DNA of 61,828 nucleotides, counting the filler, from Chthonomonadaceae bacterium (GTDB lineage: Bacteria > Armatimonadota > Chthonomonadetes > Chthonomonadales > Chthonomonadaceae): the NCBI GenBank assembly GCA_035650735.1. It is 4 parts of 4 records of this genome, joined end to end, with 100 filler letters (N's around TTAATTAATTAA, not from the genome) between each part and the next. Parts side by side here need not be neighbours in the genome. Positions count along the whole stretch, not along the records: positions 1 to 28,414 come from DASRGZ010000114.1; 3 more parts are not named here. One strand, given 5' to 3'. The notes under the pieces were generated by a model, which worked only from the letters and a program-made list of their open reading frames with translations, ran no database searches and had not been told where the DNA came from. Positions 1 through 10,278 of this stretch are shown piece after piece. A program made the position numbers and the translations under genes. The number at the start of each line of letters is the position of its first letter. The first letter of the stretch is position 1.

Positions 1-180
1 AGGAGAGGGGAGAAAGGAGTCCGCGAAGGCGGACTTGGTGCCTTTGTTGCTGCGGCTGATGACCTTGGATTGTCTAAGGGGGCAGTTTTTCTAACTCAAC
101 ACTATCCGGTTAGATTGTCAAAGGTCATTAGCCGCCCGAAAAGAGAACAGAAGCTTTGATTCGAAGCCGTCCAGAGACCT

Positions 181-1197
181 ATGTTGCACCGCCTGCGCGA
201 AAACCTGCTGCTCAAAATCATCTCCCTGGTGGCCTCCGTCCTGCTCTGGTTCTACGTGCAGGTGGAGCGCCCGCCCAGCCTCATGCGTACGGTTTTTGCC
301 CGCGTCGTCCCCCAGGGTGCGCCGCCCAACGTGGATATTCAGAACCTGCCCCAGCAGTTGCCGGTCTCGGTCGTCGGGCCCGTGGCCTCCGTCGAGCGGC
401 TGAAAAACGGTGACATCCAGGCCCTCGTAGATCTGCATAACGTCCGTTCCGATCAGCCCGGACCGGCCTACGCGCAGGTGACTCTGGTGCTGCCGGACTG
501 GGCGCGCAACGTCACCTACGACTCGCCACCGCCCATTAAAGTACAGGCCAACCCGCAGCAGCAGCGCCAGATGGCAGTGGTGCCGCTCTATCCCAAAGAG
601 CCGCCCGCCGGGTTCCACTATGGTCGTCCCGAAGTTCGGCCCCGCGTTGTCACTATCACCGGTCGGGCTGATCGGCTAAACCAGGTAGATCGACTGGTGG
701 TGCTGGCCGCGCCGCCGGAGTTTGGCGCCCCGATTGAGGGCGATTTTCCGGTGCAGGCCCGTGACGGCGACAACGACGTCGTGGATGGGGTGAAGGTCGA
801 GCCGGAGAAGGTGCACGTCGCCGTTCCCCTGATCGAGGAGCCCTCCGCTAAGATCGTCACGATTAGCCCAACCATTATTGACCAGCCGGAGCCGCCTTAT
901 GTGCTCAAGAGCATCACGGTCAGGCCCAACCAGATCAAGCTCACCGGGCGGCCCGAGCGCCTGAATCAGCTTTTTACGGTGCCGACGGAGGATATACCGA
1001 CACGTAACCTGACCGGAGATCAAAAAATCGAGGCCAACTTGAACATTCCTCCCGATGTAACCGCCTTTGATCTGGAGGGGAGGCGCCTCACCCGAGTCAC
1101 CGTCTCCGTGGAGGTGCGCAAGATCGGCGAGTCGTCTCCCTCCATGACGCCGCAGCCATCGCCGCCGCCAACGGAAATACAGACGCCCAAACCCTGA
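181..1197 (+). CDS. YbbR/CdaR-like membrane-anchored protein
   Basis: N-terminal 'NLLLKIISLVASVLLWFYV' anchor typical of CdaR, followed by repeated beta-rich YbbR-like units (V.V.G....V..L). Confidence 0.8.
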   Translation: MLHRLRENLLLKIISLVASVLLWFYVQVERPPSLMRTVFARVVPQGAPPNVDIQNLPQQLPVSVVGPVASVERLKNGDIQALVDLHNVRSDQPGPAYAQVTLVLPDWARNVTYDSPPPIKVQANPQQQRQMAVVPLYPKEPPAGFHYGRPEVRPRVVTITGRADRLNQVDRLVVLAAPPEFGAPIEGDFPVQARDGDNDVVDGVKVEPEKVHVAVPLIEEPSAKIVTISPTIIDQPEPPYVLKSITVRPNQIKLTGRPERLNQLFTVPTEDIPTRNLTGDQKIEANLNIPPDVTAFDLEGRRLTRVTVSVEVRKIGESSPSMTPQPSPPPTEIQTPKP

Positions 1198-1262
1198 TAT
1201 GCCGCTTCGCATCTGTACCCTAGCCCTCCCTATGCGGGGGCGCACCACCGATCATGAAAACG

Positions 1263-1306
1263 CCTCTCCCCTCTCTCGCAGCGTGGGAGAGGGGCCGGGG
1301 GTGAGG
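1263..1306. repeat. REP-like palindrome (CCCCTCTCC..GGGAGAGGGGCCGGGGGTGAGG family)
   Basis: Same motif recurs at 5912-6024, 16750-16943, 20066-20110 and 24219-24428. Confidence 0.85.
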
Positions 1307-1370
1307 GCTACGCTCACCCCAGGCTATCTCATCTTGGCCGCACCGCCATCCCTGGGAGGAGTTACCCACC

Positions 1371-2654
1371 ATGCCGCAGGATGACCGAATGTCTTCCCCG
1401 CAAAGAAGCTCCTCCGAACCGCAGAACGTGTCCTCCGAGCCATCGGAAACGGGGCGCTCCATTACGGAGGCGCTGCTGCCGCAGACGCTGGCCGGCGTCT
1501 TTGACGAAGCCTTCGACCTGTATAAGCGGCACTTCTCCACGCTGGCGCTGACGGCGGCCCTCCTCTATCTGCCCGCGCATATCGTGTTGAACGGCCTGCT
1601 CTACCTGTGGCTGCGCCCGCTGCAAACGGAGCTTGCTGCACAGCGCGGCAGCGCCGACTTTGACGTGTTTTTCCAGGTGGGTCTGGTGTTTCTGCTGTTC
1701 AGCCTCGTGGTGATGGCCGCGCTCATCCTAACGACCGGCCCGGTGGCGGTGGCCGTCTCCGATCTCTACCTGGGGCGCAGGGTCTCCGTGCGGGAAGCCT
1801 ACCGCCGTGCGCGGCCCCATCTGCTGCGGCTCTTTGGCGGCTGGCTCGTGGTGGCGCTCGCCTTTATCGGGATCAGCTTCGTCAGCTTTTTCGTGATCAC
1901 GGTGTTGCTGGCCCTGATCTTGAGCGCGCTGGGCCTGCGCGGCACCAATAGCGGCCTGACGGAAGAGATTGGCGTCGTGGTCGGGCTACTCATGGTGCTC
2001 TGTCCCTACTTCGTCGGCTGTATGGTGCTCGCCCGCAACTATCTGTTCACGACCCAGCTTATTGTTCTGGAGGGCCTGGGGGTCTCTCAGGTGTCCCCGC
2101 GCAACACGCAGCTGGTGGGCAAGGCGCGGTTCTGGCGGTCCTTCTGGGCGGTCTTCTTTCTGCCTATCCTCAGCTTCGGCCTGATCAGCATGATCTCCTA
2201 TTCCGCCCGGAGCGCGCTGAGCCTGGTGCCCCTGCCGCCCCTGGCAGACTTTCTCGCCACTACCGCCGTTTCGGTGGCAGCCAGCTTTTTCATTCAGCCC
2301 TACTGGATGATCTTTTTGACGCTGCTCTACTACGATTACCGTGTGCGGCGCGAGGGGTTGGACTTGCGTATCCTCTCCGCAAACCTGCCGCAGCCGGAAC
2401 AGGCTGCCGCGCCCGCGTTTACGTCGAACGCGCCCGCAGCGGGATATGGTATGCCGCAGGCGTATCCCTCGCCCTACCCGTCTTTCCAGCACAACGGCGG
2501 CTTGCAGCCGACCGTCTCCATGCGCCCTCAGCCCACGACGGCTCCCCTGCCGGAGGAACGCGCCGCCTTTGACCAGCCCGCCGACGGCGCGGCGGGAGGG
2601 CTGGAGTCGCCCTCGGCACCAGAGGGCGAGTCACCGCGCGAGGAGGCCCCATGA
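1371..2654 (+). CDS. Multi-pass membrane protein of the MoxR-cluster type
   Basis: Several TM helices and the C-terminal signature 'LLYYDYRVRREGLDL'; first gene of the DUF4129-DUF4350-MoxR run. Confidence 0.75.
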   Translation: MPQDDRMSSPQRSSSEPQNVSSEPSETGRSITEALLPQTLAGVFDEAFDLYKRHFSTLALTAALLYLPAHIVLNGLLYLWLRPLQTELAAQRGSADFDVFFQVGLVFLLFSLVVMAALILTTGPVAVAVSDLYLGRRVSVREAYRRARPHLLRLFGGWLVVALAFIGISFVSFFVITVLLALILSALGLRGTNSGLTEEIGVVVGLLMVLCPYFVGCMVLARNYLFTTQLIVLEGLGVSQVSPRNTQLVGKARFWRSFWAVFFLPILSFGLISMISYSARSALSLVPLPPLADFLATTAVSVAASFFIQPYWMIFLTLLYYDYRVRREGLDLRILSANLPQPEQAAAPAFTSNAPAAGYGMPQAYPSPYPSFQHNGGLQPTVSMRPQPTTAPLPEERAAFDQPADGAAGGLESPSAPEGESPREEAP

Positions 2655-3646
2655 AGCTCTCGCCCTCCATGCCCTCTCTCGGTGGACCTAACCCCACCCG
2701 TCGCTGCGCGACTCCCTTCCCTGCGAGGGAAGGGGGTGACCTGGCTTCTCTCAACGATGGGCTAAATTCCTTCGCACAAGCGACCTATCCGTCCCTGAAG
2801 GATGCCCTGGCGATTTGCTTTCGCGCAGGGCTTGCCGCAGGAGTGCGCGCATGGATGGCACTCGCGCTGGTGCTCTGCCTGGGACTGAGCGCAGCCGCGC
2901 GGATAGCCGCGCAGGCTGCGCCGCCTTCGCGCCCCGCCCCCGCGCAGGTACGGGCCGAGCTTGACCGTATCCTGTCCTGCCCGGAGTTTCAGCCGCACGT
3001 CGTCTCCGGCCCCAATCCGCTGGAAAAGGCGCTGAAGTGGATCGGGGAGCAGTGGGATGCCTTTTGGGAGTTTATTCGCAAGCTGCTTTCGTTCGGGGGC
3101 ATACGCGGCGGCTCGGCGGGATTGCAGTGGGTGCTCATCGGCGCTTTTATTCTGTTGGGCGCGTGGCTTCTCTCCAAACTGATCCGCAGCTACCTGGCTC
3201 ATTCCCAGGGTCGCCGCACGCCGCCGCGCACGGCCTCCACCTACGAGGAAGAGCTGGAGGCGGAAACCATCACGGAGCCGGACATCTGGCTGGAGCAGGC
3301 GCAGCGATACGCCGCGGAGCGCGACTACCGGCGCGCGTTCCGGGCGGTGTACCTAGCGATCCTGCTGCAAATGGACCGCGCCCGAGCCATCCAGTACGAC
3401 CGCTCTCGCACCAACGGCGACTATATTCGCATGCTGCGCGGCCAGGGGCTGGGCGACCTCTATAACGTCTTTGTTCCCCTCAGCGCCGAGTTTGACCTCC
3501 GCTGGTACGGCCATCGGCCCACCGCCGAGGCGGACTATCGCCGGTGCCTGGAGGCGTATGGCCGCATACGCGGCTTGCTCTCCACGGCGGCCCTGAGCGC
3601 CGCCGGCGCGGGAGCCGGCCCGGCGCTGGCGGGAGGCAGGGGGTAG
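2651..3646 (+). CDS. DUF4129 domain membrane protein
   Basis: 'A...DYRRAFRAVYLAIL..RTNGDY..FDLRWYG' motif; ATGA overlap with the upstream gene; alternative start at 2855. Confidence 0.8.
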   Translation: MKLSPSMPSLGGPNPTRRCATPFPAREGGDLASLNDGLNSFAQATYPSLKDALAICFRAGLAAGVRAWMALALVLCLGLSAAARIAAQAAPPSRPAPAQVRAELDRILSCPEFQPHVVSGPNPLEKALKWIGEQWDAFWEFIRKLLSFGGIRGGSAGLQWVLIGAFILLGAWLLSKLIRSYLAHSQGRRTPPRTASTYEEELEAETITEPDIWLEQAQRYAAERDYRRAFRAVYLAILLQMDRARAIQYDRSRTNGDYIRMLRGQGLGDLYNVFVPLSAEFDLRWYGHRPTAEADYRRCLEAYGRIRGLLSTAALSAAGAGAGPALAGGRG

Positions 3647-3651
3647 GCGGA

Positions 3652-4849
3652 ATGCAGAAGCGGCGCATCAGCGGCGAAGCCTGGGGCCTCCTCGCGCTCT
3701 TTCTCCTCTTCCTAGGTTTCGCCGCTTACTATGAGCATATGGGCCAGCAGACGGCCCAGCCGGATGAGCCAAGCTCGTTCAACGCCAAGCCGAAAGGGGT
3801 CAAGGCGCTCTACCTGCTGCTGGAGAAGTACTATCGCGTCGGCACGCTGGAGACGACCTGGAACAGCCTGGACGCGGGGGATCGCCTGCTGATCATCGTC
3901 GAGCCGCTGGATAAGGAGCGTCCCATCACGAAGTCCGAGATAGCGGCGTTGCGCAAGTGGGTAGAGCAGGGCGGCGCTGTGCTCTACCTGGTCACCTCAC
4001 CGGCTCGGCCTCTTGACCTGGAGGATACTATCTTTGGTGATGTCGCCATTGTGGAGGGCAAGGCGACGGGAGAGCAGGTGCCTCCTGTAAACCGCCACTC
4101 TCCCTTCACCAGCGACGTAGAGAAAATCGCCGTCAACAGCCCCGTTCGCCTGAAGCCGGACGCAAGCGCCCACTACGAAACACTCTTCCGCGACAGGCAG
4201 GGCGCGTTGGCGCTGCATAAGAAGCTGGGCCGGGGCGACCTGATCCTCGTGGCCAACAGCGCCGCCGCCAACAACGCCTCCGTTCGGCAGGCCGATAACG
4301 CCCTCTTCCTGGTCGACGTGGCGGCGGCGACGGTGGAGGCTTCGGACGGGCGTATCCTGTTCGACGAGTACCACCACGGCAAGGGATTTGCCAGCCGTCC
4401 GACCGACTCGGAGGGCGGCCTGTGGAGCAGCTTGCCGGTTCCGCTGCGCCTGGCCATATGGCACTTGCTGGGCCTGGGCGCGCTGCTCATCTACAACGGC
4501 AACCGCCGTCTGGGCAGGCCGCGCACGCTGCCAACCCCGGCGTACCGCCCCAGCACGGACTACCTGGGATCAATGGCGCGGCTTTTCCGGCGGGCGGGCG
4601 CGGCGGACATCGCCCTGCTGACTCTCTACCGGCAGTTTGTGCGTGACTTAGCACACGCGCTGGACAGGCCGCCCGAGGCCCGGCCCCAGGAGTTAGCCCA
4701 GCGCGCTGCGCAACGCTGCGGCGTGGACGACGAGGCCCTGAGTGAGTGGATGGCGCGCTGCGAGGAGATCGCGGCGGGCCGGCGCATCGGCGAGGCGGAA
4801 ATGCTTTCGCTGACGCAGCAATTGCAACAGTTCAGGAGGAAATGCGACC

Positions 4850-4866
<17 letters not shown>
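3652..4866 (+). CDS. DUF4350 domain protein
   Basis: 'SSFNAKPKGVKALYLLL', 'LRKWVEQGG', 'FDEYHHG' and 'GNRRLGRP' motifs. Confidence 0.85.
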
Positions 4867-5911
<1,045 letters not shown>

Positions 5912-6024
5912 GCTACCTAACCCCCCGGCCCCTTCCCTATCCGCTCGTCCCTCGCTAGGGAAGGGAGTGACCCGGCTTCTGCTCTCCCCTCTCCCACAGT
6001 GTGGGAGAGGGGCCGGGGGTGAGG
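5912..6024. repeat. Paired REP-like palindromes
   Basis: Two inverted copies of the CCCCGGCCCCT(T/C)CCC hairpin family. Confidence 0.85.
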
Positions 6025-6053
6025 TGGTATCAAAGCGAGAGGAAGGGCGCGGC

Positions 6054-7220
6054 GTGGAAGGAACACGGACAGCCAGACGCCCGGCGATCCGGGTGGCGCA
6101 GGTCATGCGTCCGGCGGCGGGCGGGATGCGCCGTCACCTCTTCACGCTGCTGGCAGGGCTGGATCGCCGCCGGTTTGCCCCTACCCTGTTTGCTCCTGCC
6201 GATTTTCCTGCCGCCGACTGCCCTTCCGATGTTCCCCACATTCCGCTTGCCATCAGCGCACGCACCCGCCCCCTGGCCGACCTCCATGCCATCCGCCAAT
6301 TAGCGCAGCATTTGCGCCAAAACTTTGATATAGTGCATGCACACGGGTTGCGTGGCGCGCTTATCGGCGTGCTGGCTGCGCGCCAGGCCGGGCTTCCTGC
6401 CCTCTTTACCGCCCACAACCTTATTTCCCGTCCGAGTCTGTTGCAGCGGTTTTTTCTGGCGCTCGTAGGCCGTGATGCCGCTGCCGTCATCGCCGTCTCA
6501 GAGGCCGTCGCGGCAATGCTCTGCGCAGCCGGCATTCCCCGCGCCAAAATCGCCGTCATCCCCAACGGCATCGCGCTTGGCCCCTTCGATGTCCAGACGG
6601 ACGCAGAAGCCGTCCGCGCCGCTTTTGGCGTTCCTCCTACCGCGCCCCTCGTGCTTGCCATCGGCAGGCTATCCCCGGAGAAAGGCTTTGATGTTCTCCT
6701 GGAGGCGTTTCGACAGATGCAACTGCGGATGCCCGAAGCGCGTCTGATCCTGGCAGGCAGCGGCCCGGAGGAAGCCGCCTTGTGGAATCAAGCGGTACGT
6801 GGAGGGATAGACCAAACCGGGACGGTAATCTTTGCCGGGCAGCAGGCGGAGGTCGCGCCGCTCTTGCAGGCTGCCGATGTCGTCGCCATTCCCTCCCGGC
6901 AGGAGGGACAGGGCATCGTCGCGCTGGAGGCGATGGCCGCGCGCAGGCCGGTCGTCGCCAGCCGCGTGGGCGGATTGGTGGAAACGGTTATCGAAGGAGA
7001 GACGGGCCTGCTCGTCCCGCCGCAGGATGCCGCCGCCCTGGCAGAGGCGCTTCTGGCGCTGCTCTCCAACCCGGCACAGCGGCAGCAAATGGGAGAAGCA
7101 GGCCGCGTCCGCGTCACGCAGGAATACACGGCCGAGCGCATGGTGCAGCGCATCGAAGCAGTTTATGCAGGGCTAGTTCACCGCACGCGGGAGCCGGAGG
7201 GAACCTCCCTATCGGGCTGA
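6054..7220 (+). CDS. Glycosyltransferase family 4
   Basis: 'IGRLSPEKGFD', 'PSRQEGQGIVALEAMA', 'VVASRVGG'; GTG start chosen after a GAGGAAGG SD. Confidence 0.92.
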   Translation: MEGTRTARRPAIRVAQVMRPAAGGMRRHLFTLLAGLDRRRFAPTLFAPADFPAADCPSDVPHIPLAISARTRPLADLHAIRQLAQHLRQNFDIVHAHGLRGALIGVLAARQAGLPALFTAHNLISRPSLLQRFFLALVGRDAAAVIAVSEAVAAMLCAAGIPRAKIAVIPNGIALGPFDVQTDAEAVRAAFGVPPTAPLVLAIGRLSPEKGFDVLLEAFRQMQLRMPEARLILAGSGPEEAALWNQAVRGGIDQTGTVIFAGQQAEVAPLLQAADVVAIPSRQEGQGIVALEAMAARRPVVASRVGGLVETVIEGETGLLVPPQDAAALAEALLALLSNPAQRQQMGEAGRVRVTQEYTAERMVQRIEAVYAGLVHRTREPEGTSLSG

Positions 7221-9274
7221 AGTAGAATGGCGCGGCCATCCACGTCGGCGGCGAGCAGCATCCCCTGCGACTCGATGCCCCGCATCTTGCGCGGCTGCAA
7301 GTTGGCGACGATGACCACCTGCCGCCCGACAAGCTCCTCCGGCTTGTAGAACTCGGCGATGCCCGCCAGGATCGTGCGGGTGTCGTCTTCGCCGACCTGA
7401 ACCGTCAGGCGCAGCAGCTTGTTGGCGTTGGGAACCGGCTCGGCGGCCAGTATCTCCGCAACGCGCAGCTGCACCTTCATGAAGTCCTCGATGGTGATCG
7501 GCCCCTCAGCGGCAGCGGCGATGCTGCTCGGCGGCACCGGCGTGCCCGGAGCCGGGGCCTGATTTTGGGATGGAACCGTCTCGCTCACGGTCTGTGTCGT
7601 CTCCTTCGCTTCCCCGGGTAGCGGCTCGCCGGTCGGATTGGCGCTGCCCAGCGCGTAGAGCGTCGCCTCGTCCACCGCCGTCTCCTGGATGCGCGGGAAG
7701 AGAGGCTGCGGCGGGCCGACCTTCGTTCCGGCGGGCAGCCCTCCCCAGTCCAGATCCTCCCAGCGCGCCTCGGCGACCGGCTGCGCGAGGCCCAGTTGGG
7801 CGCGAATGGCGTCGGCGGCGACCGGCATAAACGAACTGACCAGGATGGTGACGATGCGCGTCGCCTCCAGGCAGGAATAGAGCACGGTGGCAAGCGCCTC
7901 TCGGCTGGCCTCGTCGCCGGCATTGGCGGCTTTGGCGAGCGTCCAGGGAGCCTTCTCGTCAATGTACTTGTTCATGCGGCCCACGAGCTTCCAGGCCGCC
8001 TCCAGGGCCGCGTTGAGCCGGTACTCGGCCATCGCGCGCGTATATTCCTCCCGCACTTGCAGCGCAAACGCCGCGATCTCGTGGTCGTGATCCCGCGTCT
8101 GGGGCACCACACCGTCGAAGTACCGCACCATCATGTTGACCGTGCGGTTGAGCAGGTTGCCCAGGTCGTTGGCGAGATCGGTGTTGAAGCGGCGCAGGAA
8201 GTTCTCGACGCTGAACTCGGTATCCAGGCCGAAATTCATCTCCCGGCAGAGCAGGTAGCGCTGGGCGTCCGCCGCGAGGTCGAATGACGCGCCGGAGCGG
8301 TCGGCGATCAGCTTCGTGAAGCGCGTCGGATGGGGCAGGCTGGCTCCCGTCTTGCCGCCTTTGGCGCCCTGCACCGTCCACCAACCGTGCGCGTAGACGT
8401 GCTTGGGCAGCGGGATTTCGAGCGCCATGAGCATTGCGGGCCAGAGCGTGGCGTGGAAGCGGACGAATATCTCCTTGCCCATGAAGTGCAGGTCGGCGGG
8501 CCAGTAGAGCGGCCACCTGGGGTCGTCCGGCCAGCCGACGGCGGCCAGGTAGTTGATGAGGGCGTCGAACCAGACGTAGATGGTCTGCTCTTCGTCGCCG
8601 GGCACCGGAATGCCCCAGCCGCGCGAAGGGCGCGCGATGCTCATATCGCGTAACCCCTCGTTGATGAAGCGGATGACCTCGTTGCGGCGGAAATCGGGCT
8701 GGAGGAAATCCGGGTTCGCCTCGATATGGGCCAGCAGGCGCTCGCCGAAGGCCGAGAGCCGGAAGAAGTAGTTCTTCTCCTGCACGCGCACGACCGGCTT
8801 GCCGCTTTCGATGGCGACGCCGTCCTTGACCTCGCTGTCGCGCAGGAACGTCTCGTCGCTGAGGCTGTACCAGCCCTCATAGTTGTCCACGTAGACGTAG
8901 CCGCGATACTGTAAGCGCTTGAAAAACTCCTGCACCGCGCGGATGTGGCGCGGCTCGGTGGTACGGATGAAGTCGTCGTAGGAGACGTGGAGCGCGTGCC
9001 AGCACTCGCGGAAGGCGTCAGCCAGCCCTTCCACGAACTGCATCGTGGGGACGCCCATCTTCTCTGCCGCCGTCTGCACTTTGGACGCGTTCTCATCCGT
9101 GCCGGTCAGCAGCCACGTCCGCCGCCCGTGCAGGCGCTGATAGCGGGCGAGCGCGTCGCAGGCCACCGTCGTCAGCGCCGATCCGACGTGAGGCAGGCCG
9201 TTGACGTAGTAGATGGGCGTGGTAACGTAATAGAAGGTTTTTTCCGGGCGGACGGGCGTCTGGGCGTTGCTCAT
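7178..9274 (-). CDS. metG: Methionine--tRNA ligase with C-terminal tRNA-binding domain
   Basis: 'TTPIYYVNGLPHVGS', 'TGTDEN', 'FIRTTE', 'YVWFDALINY', 'LANDLGNLLNR' and C-terminal 'NLQPRKMRGIESQGMLL'. Confidence 0.97.
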   Translation of the reverse strand: MSNAQTPVRPEKTFYYVTTPIYYVNGLPHVGSALTTVACDALARYQRLHGRRTWLLTGTDENASKVQTAAEKMGVPTMQFVEGLADAFRECWHALHVSYDDFIRTTEPRHIRAVQEFFKRLQYRGYVYVDNYEGWYSLSDETFLRDSEVKDGVAIESGKPVVRVQEKNYFFRLSAFGERLLAHIEANPDFLQPDFRRNEVIRFINEGLRDMSIARPSRGWGIPVPGDEEQTIYVWFDALINYLAAVGWPDDPRWPLYWPADLHFMGKEIFVRFHATLWPAMLMALEIPLPKHVYAHGWWTVQGAKGGKTGASLPHPTRFTKLIADRSGASFDLAADAQRYLLCREMNFGLDTEFSVENFLRRFNTDLANDLGNLLNRTVNMMVRYFDGVVPQTRDHDHEIAAFALQVREEYTRAMAEYRLNAALEAAWKLVGRMNKYIDEKAPWTLAKAANAGDEASREALATVLYSCLEATRIVTILVSSFMPVAADAIRAQLGLAQPVAEARWEDLDWGGLPAGTKVGPPQPLFPRIQETAVDEATLYALGSANPTGEPLPGEAKETTQTVSETVPSQNQAPAPGTPVPPSSIAAAAEGPITIEDFMKVQLRVAEILAAEPVPNANKLLRLTVQVGEDDTRTILAGIAEFYKPEELVGRQVVIVANLQPRKMRGIESQGMLLAADVDGRAILLQPDREVPSGSRVR

Positions 9275-9286
9275 GGATTCGACTGC

Positions 9287-9661
9287 TTAATAGGGACTAT
9301 GAAGTTTCTTCACTCTGTTTTCGGCCTCTTCCAGCGTGGTCGGGTCGGCCTCTTCGGCGGCGGTCAGCTCCGCTTCCGTCGGGGGCGGCGTGTTCAGGAG
9401 GGCGCGCGCCGATTCCACCAGAGAGGCCGGAACGTAGATGCCGCCGCTCCAGCTATCGCCGCCGACGGTCTCGGTCAGCAGGCTCGTCCCGGCGTGGAAA
9501 TTAGGCGTCTGGATCGTGGCCGGAATGCCCGCCGCCTCCAGGGTCGCCCGCACGACCTCCGCCTCCTCCTCGCTGGCTGCGTTATAGACGAGGACGAGTT
9601 GATTGGAACCTGCCGGCGCACCGGCGACAACATCCTGACTGCCTTCCGGTAGATTGCTCAC
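9287..9661 (-). CDS. DUF2007 domain protein
   Basis: 'EAEVVRATLEAAGIPA..IYVP..ARALL' pattern; AGGAG upstream of GTG. Confidence 0.7.
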   Translation of the reverse strand: MSNLPEGSQDVVAGAPAGSNQLVLVYNAASEEEAEVVRATLEAAGIPATIQTPNFHAGTSLLTETVGGDSWSGGIYVPASLVESARALLNTPPPTEAELTAAEEADPTTLEEAENRVKKLHSPY

Positions 9662-9782
9662 GGACACTTCTCCTATTCCGCGTGGTTCACCTCCGCGCCT
9701 GCTGGGAACAGGCCCATGCCGCAGCCAGCGCGCGAGATCATGGCGGTTCCCCATCGCACGTGCGGGGAATAGTCCTATCTCT

Positions 9783-10037
9783 TCATTGGCTCAGCGGCGC
9801 GTTCACAGGCTCTTCCAGGGTGTTCTCCTGCAACAACGCCTGCGCTGCCTCGGCCTGCCGGATAGGAACTAGCACGCGCACGCTGCTGGCATCGTTTTTT
9901 TCGGCGGCGGGGATGCGCGAGGGCTCCACGATGGCGGCAATGCCCGCCGCCTCCAGACGCGCCCGCACAATATCCGCCTCCGCCAGATTGTTTGCATAAA
10001 AGATGGCGACCCTCTCGCCATCCCTCTCAGTGCTCAT
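9783..10037 (-). CDS. DUF2007 domain protein
   Basis: 'EADIVRARLEAAGI..VRVLVP..QAEAAQALL'. Confidence 0.75.
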   Translation of the reverse strand: MSTERDGERVAIFYANNLAEADIVRARLEAAGIAAIVEPSRIPAAEKNDASSVRVLVPIRQAEAAQALLQENTLEEPVNAPLSQ

Positions 10038-10053
10038 GGCCTTACATTGGCTT

Positions 10054-10278
10054 CTAATCTCGACAGCCGCACGCGGCTGGATTCAAGCCTCACCCACCGC
10101 CGCTGGGCAGCGCGCAGCTTTTTTCGTTGGCGGAACGGGCCTGTGCCGTTACCGAAAGCAGGCGTGCCACTCTGCCGGCGCCGCAGGTCGGGCAGGTAAC
10201 ATTATCTAAATTATTGAGGGAGCGCAGGGTCTTAAAGTTCCGGCGACACTCCTTGCAATGAAACTCATAAATGGGCAT
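10054..10278 (-). CDS. FmdB-family zinc-ribbon protein, probable selenoprotein (UGA at 10090-10092)
   Basis: MPIYEFHCKEC..CPTCG motif and AGGAGG SD; after the TGA the frame continues GLNPAACGCRD-TAG, with a hairpin starting 11 nt downstream. Confidence 0.8.
10055..10083 (-). promoter_or_regulatory. Candidate bacterial SECIS element
   Basis: UGA-GGCUUG-AAUC-CAGCCG-CGUG-CGGCUG-UCGA-GAUU: perfect 6-bp upper stem, with the loop G 18 nt after the UGA. Confidence 0.6.
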
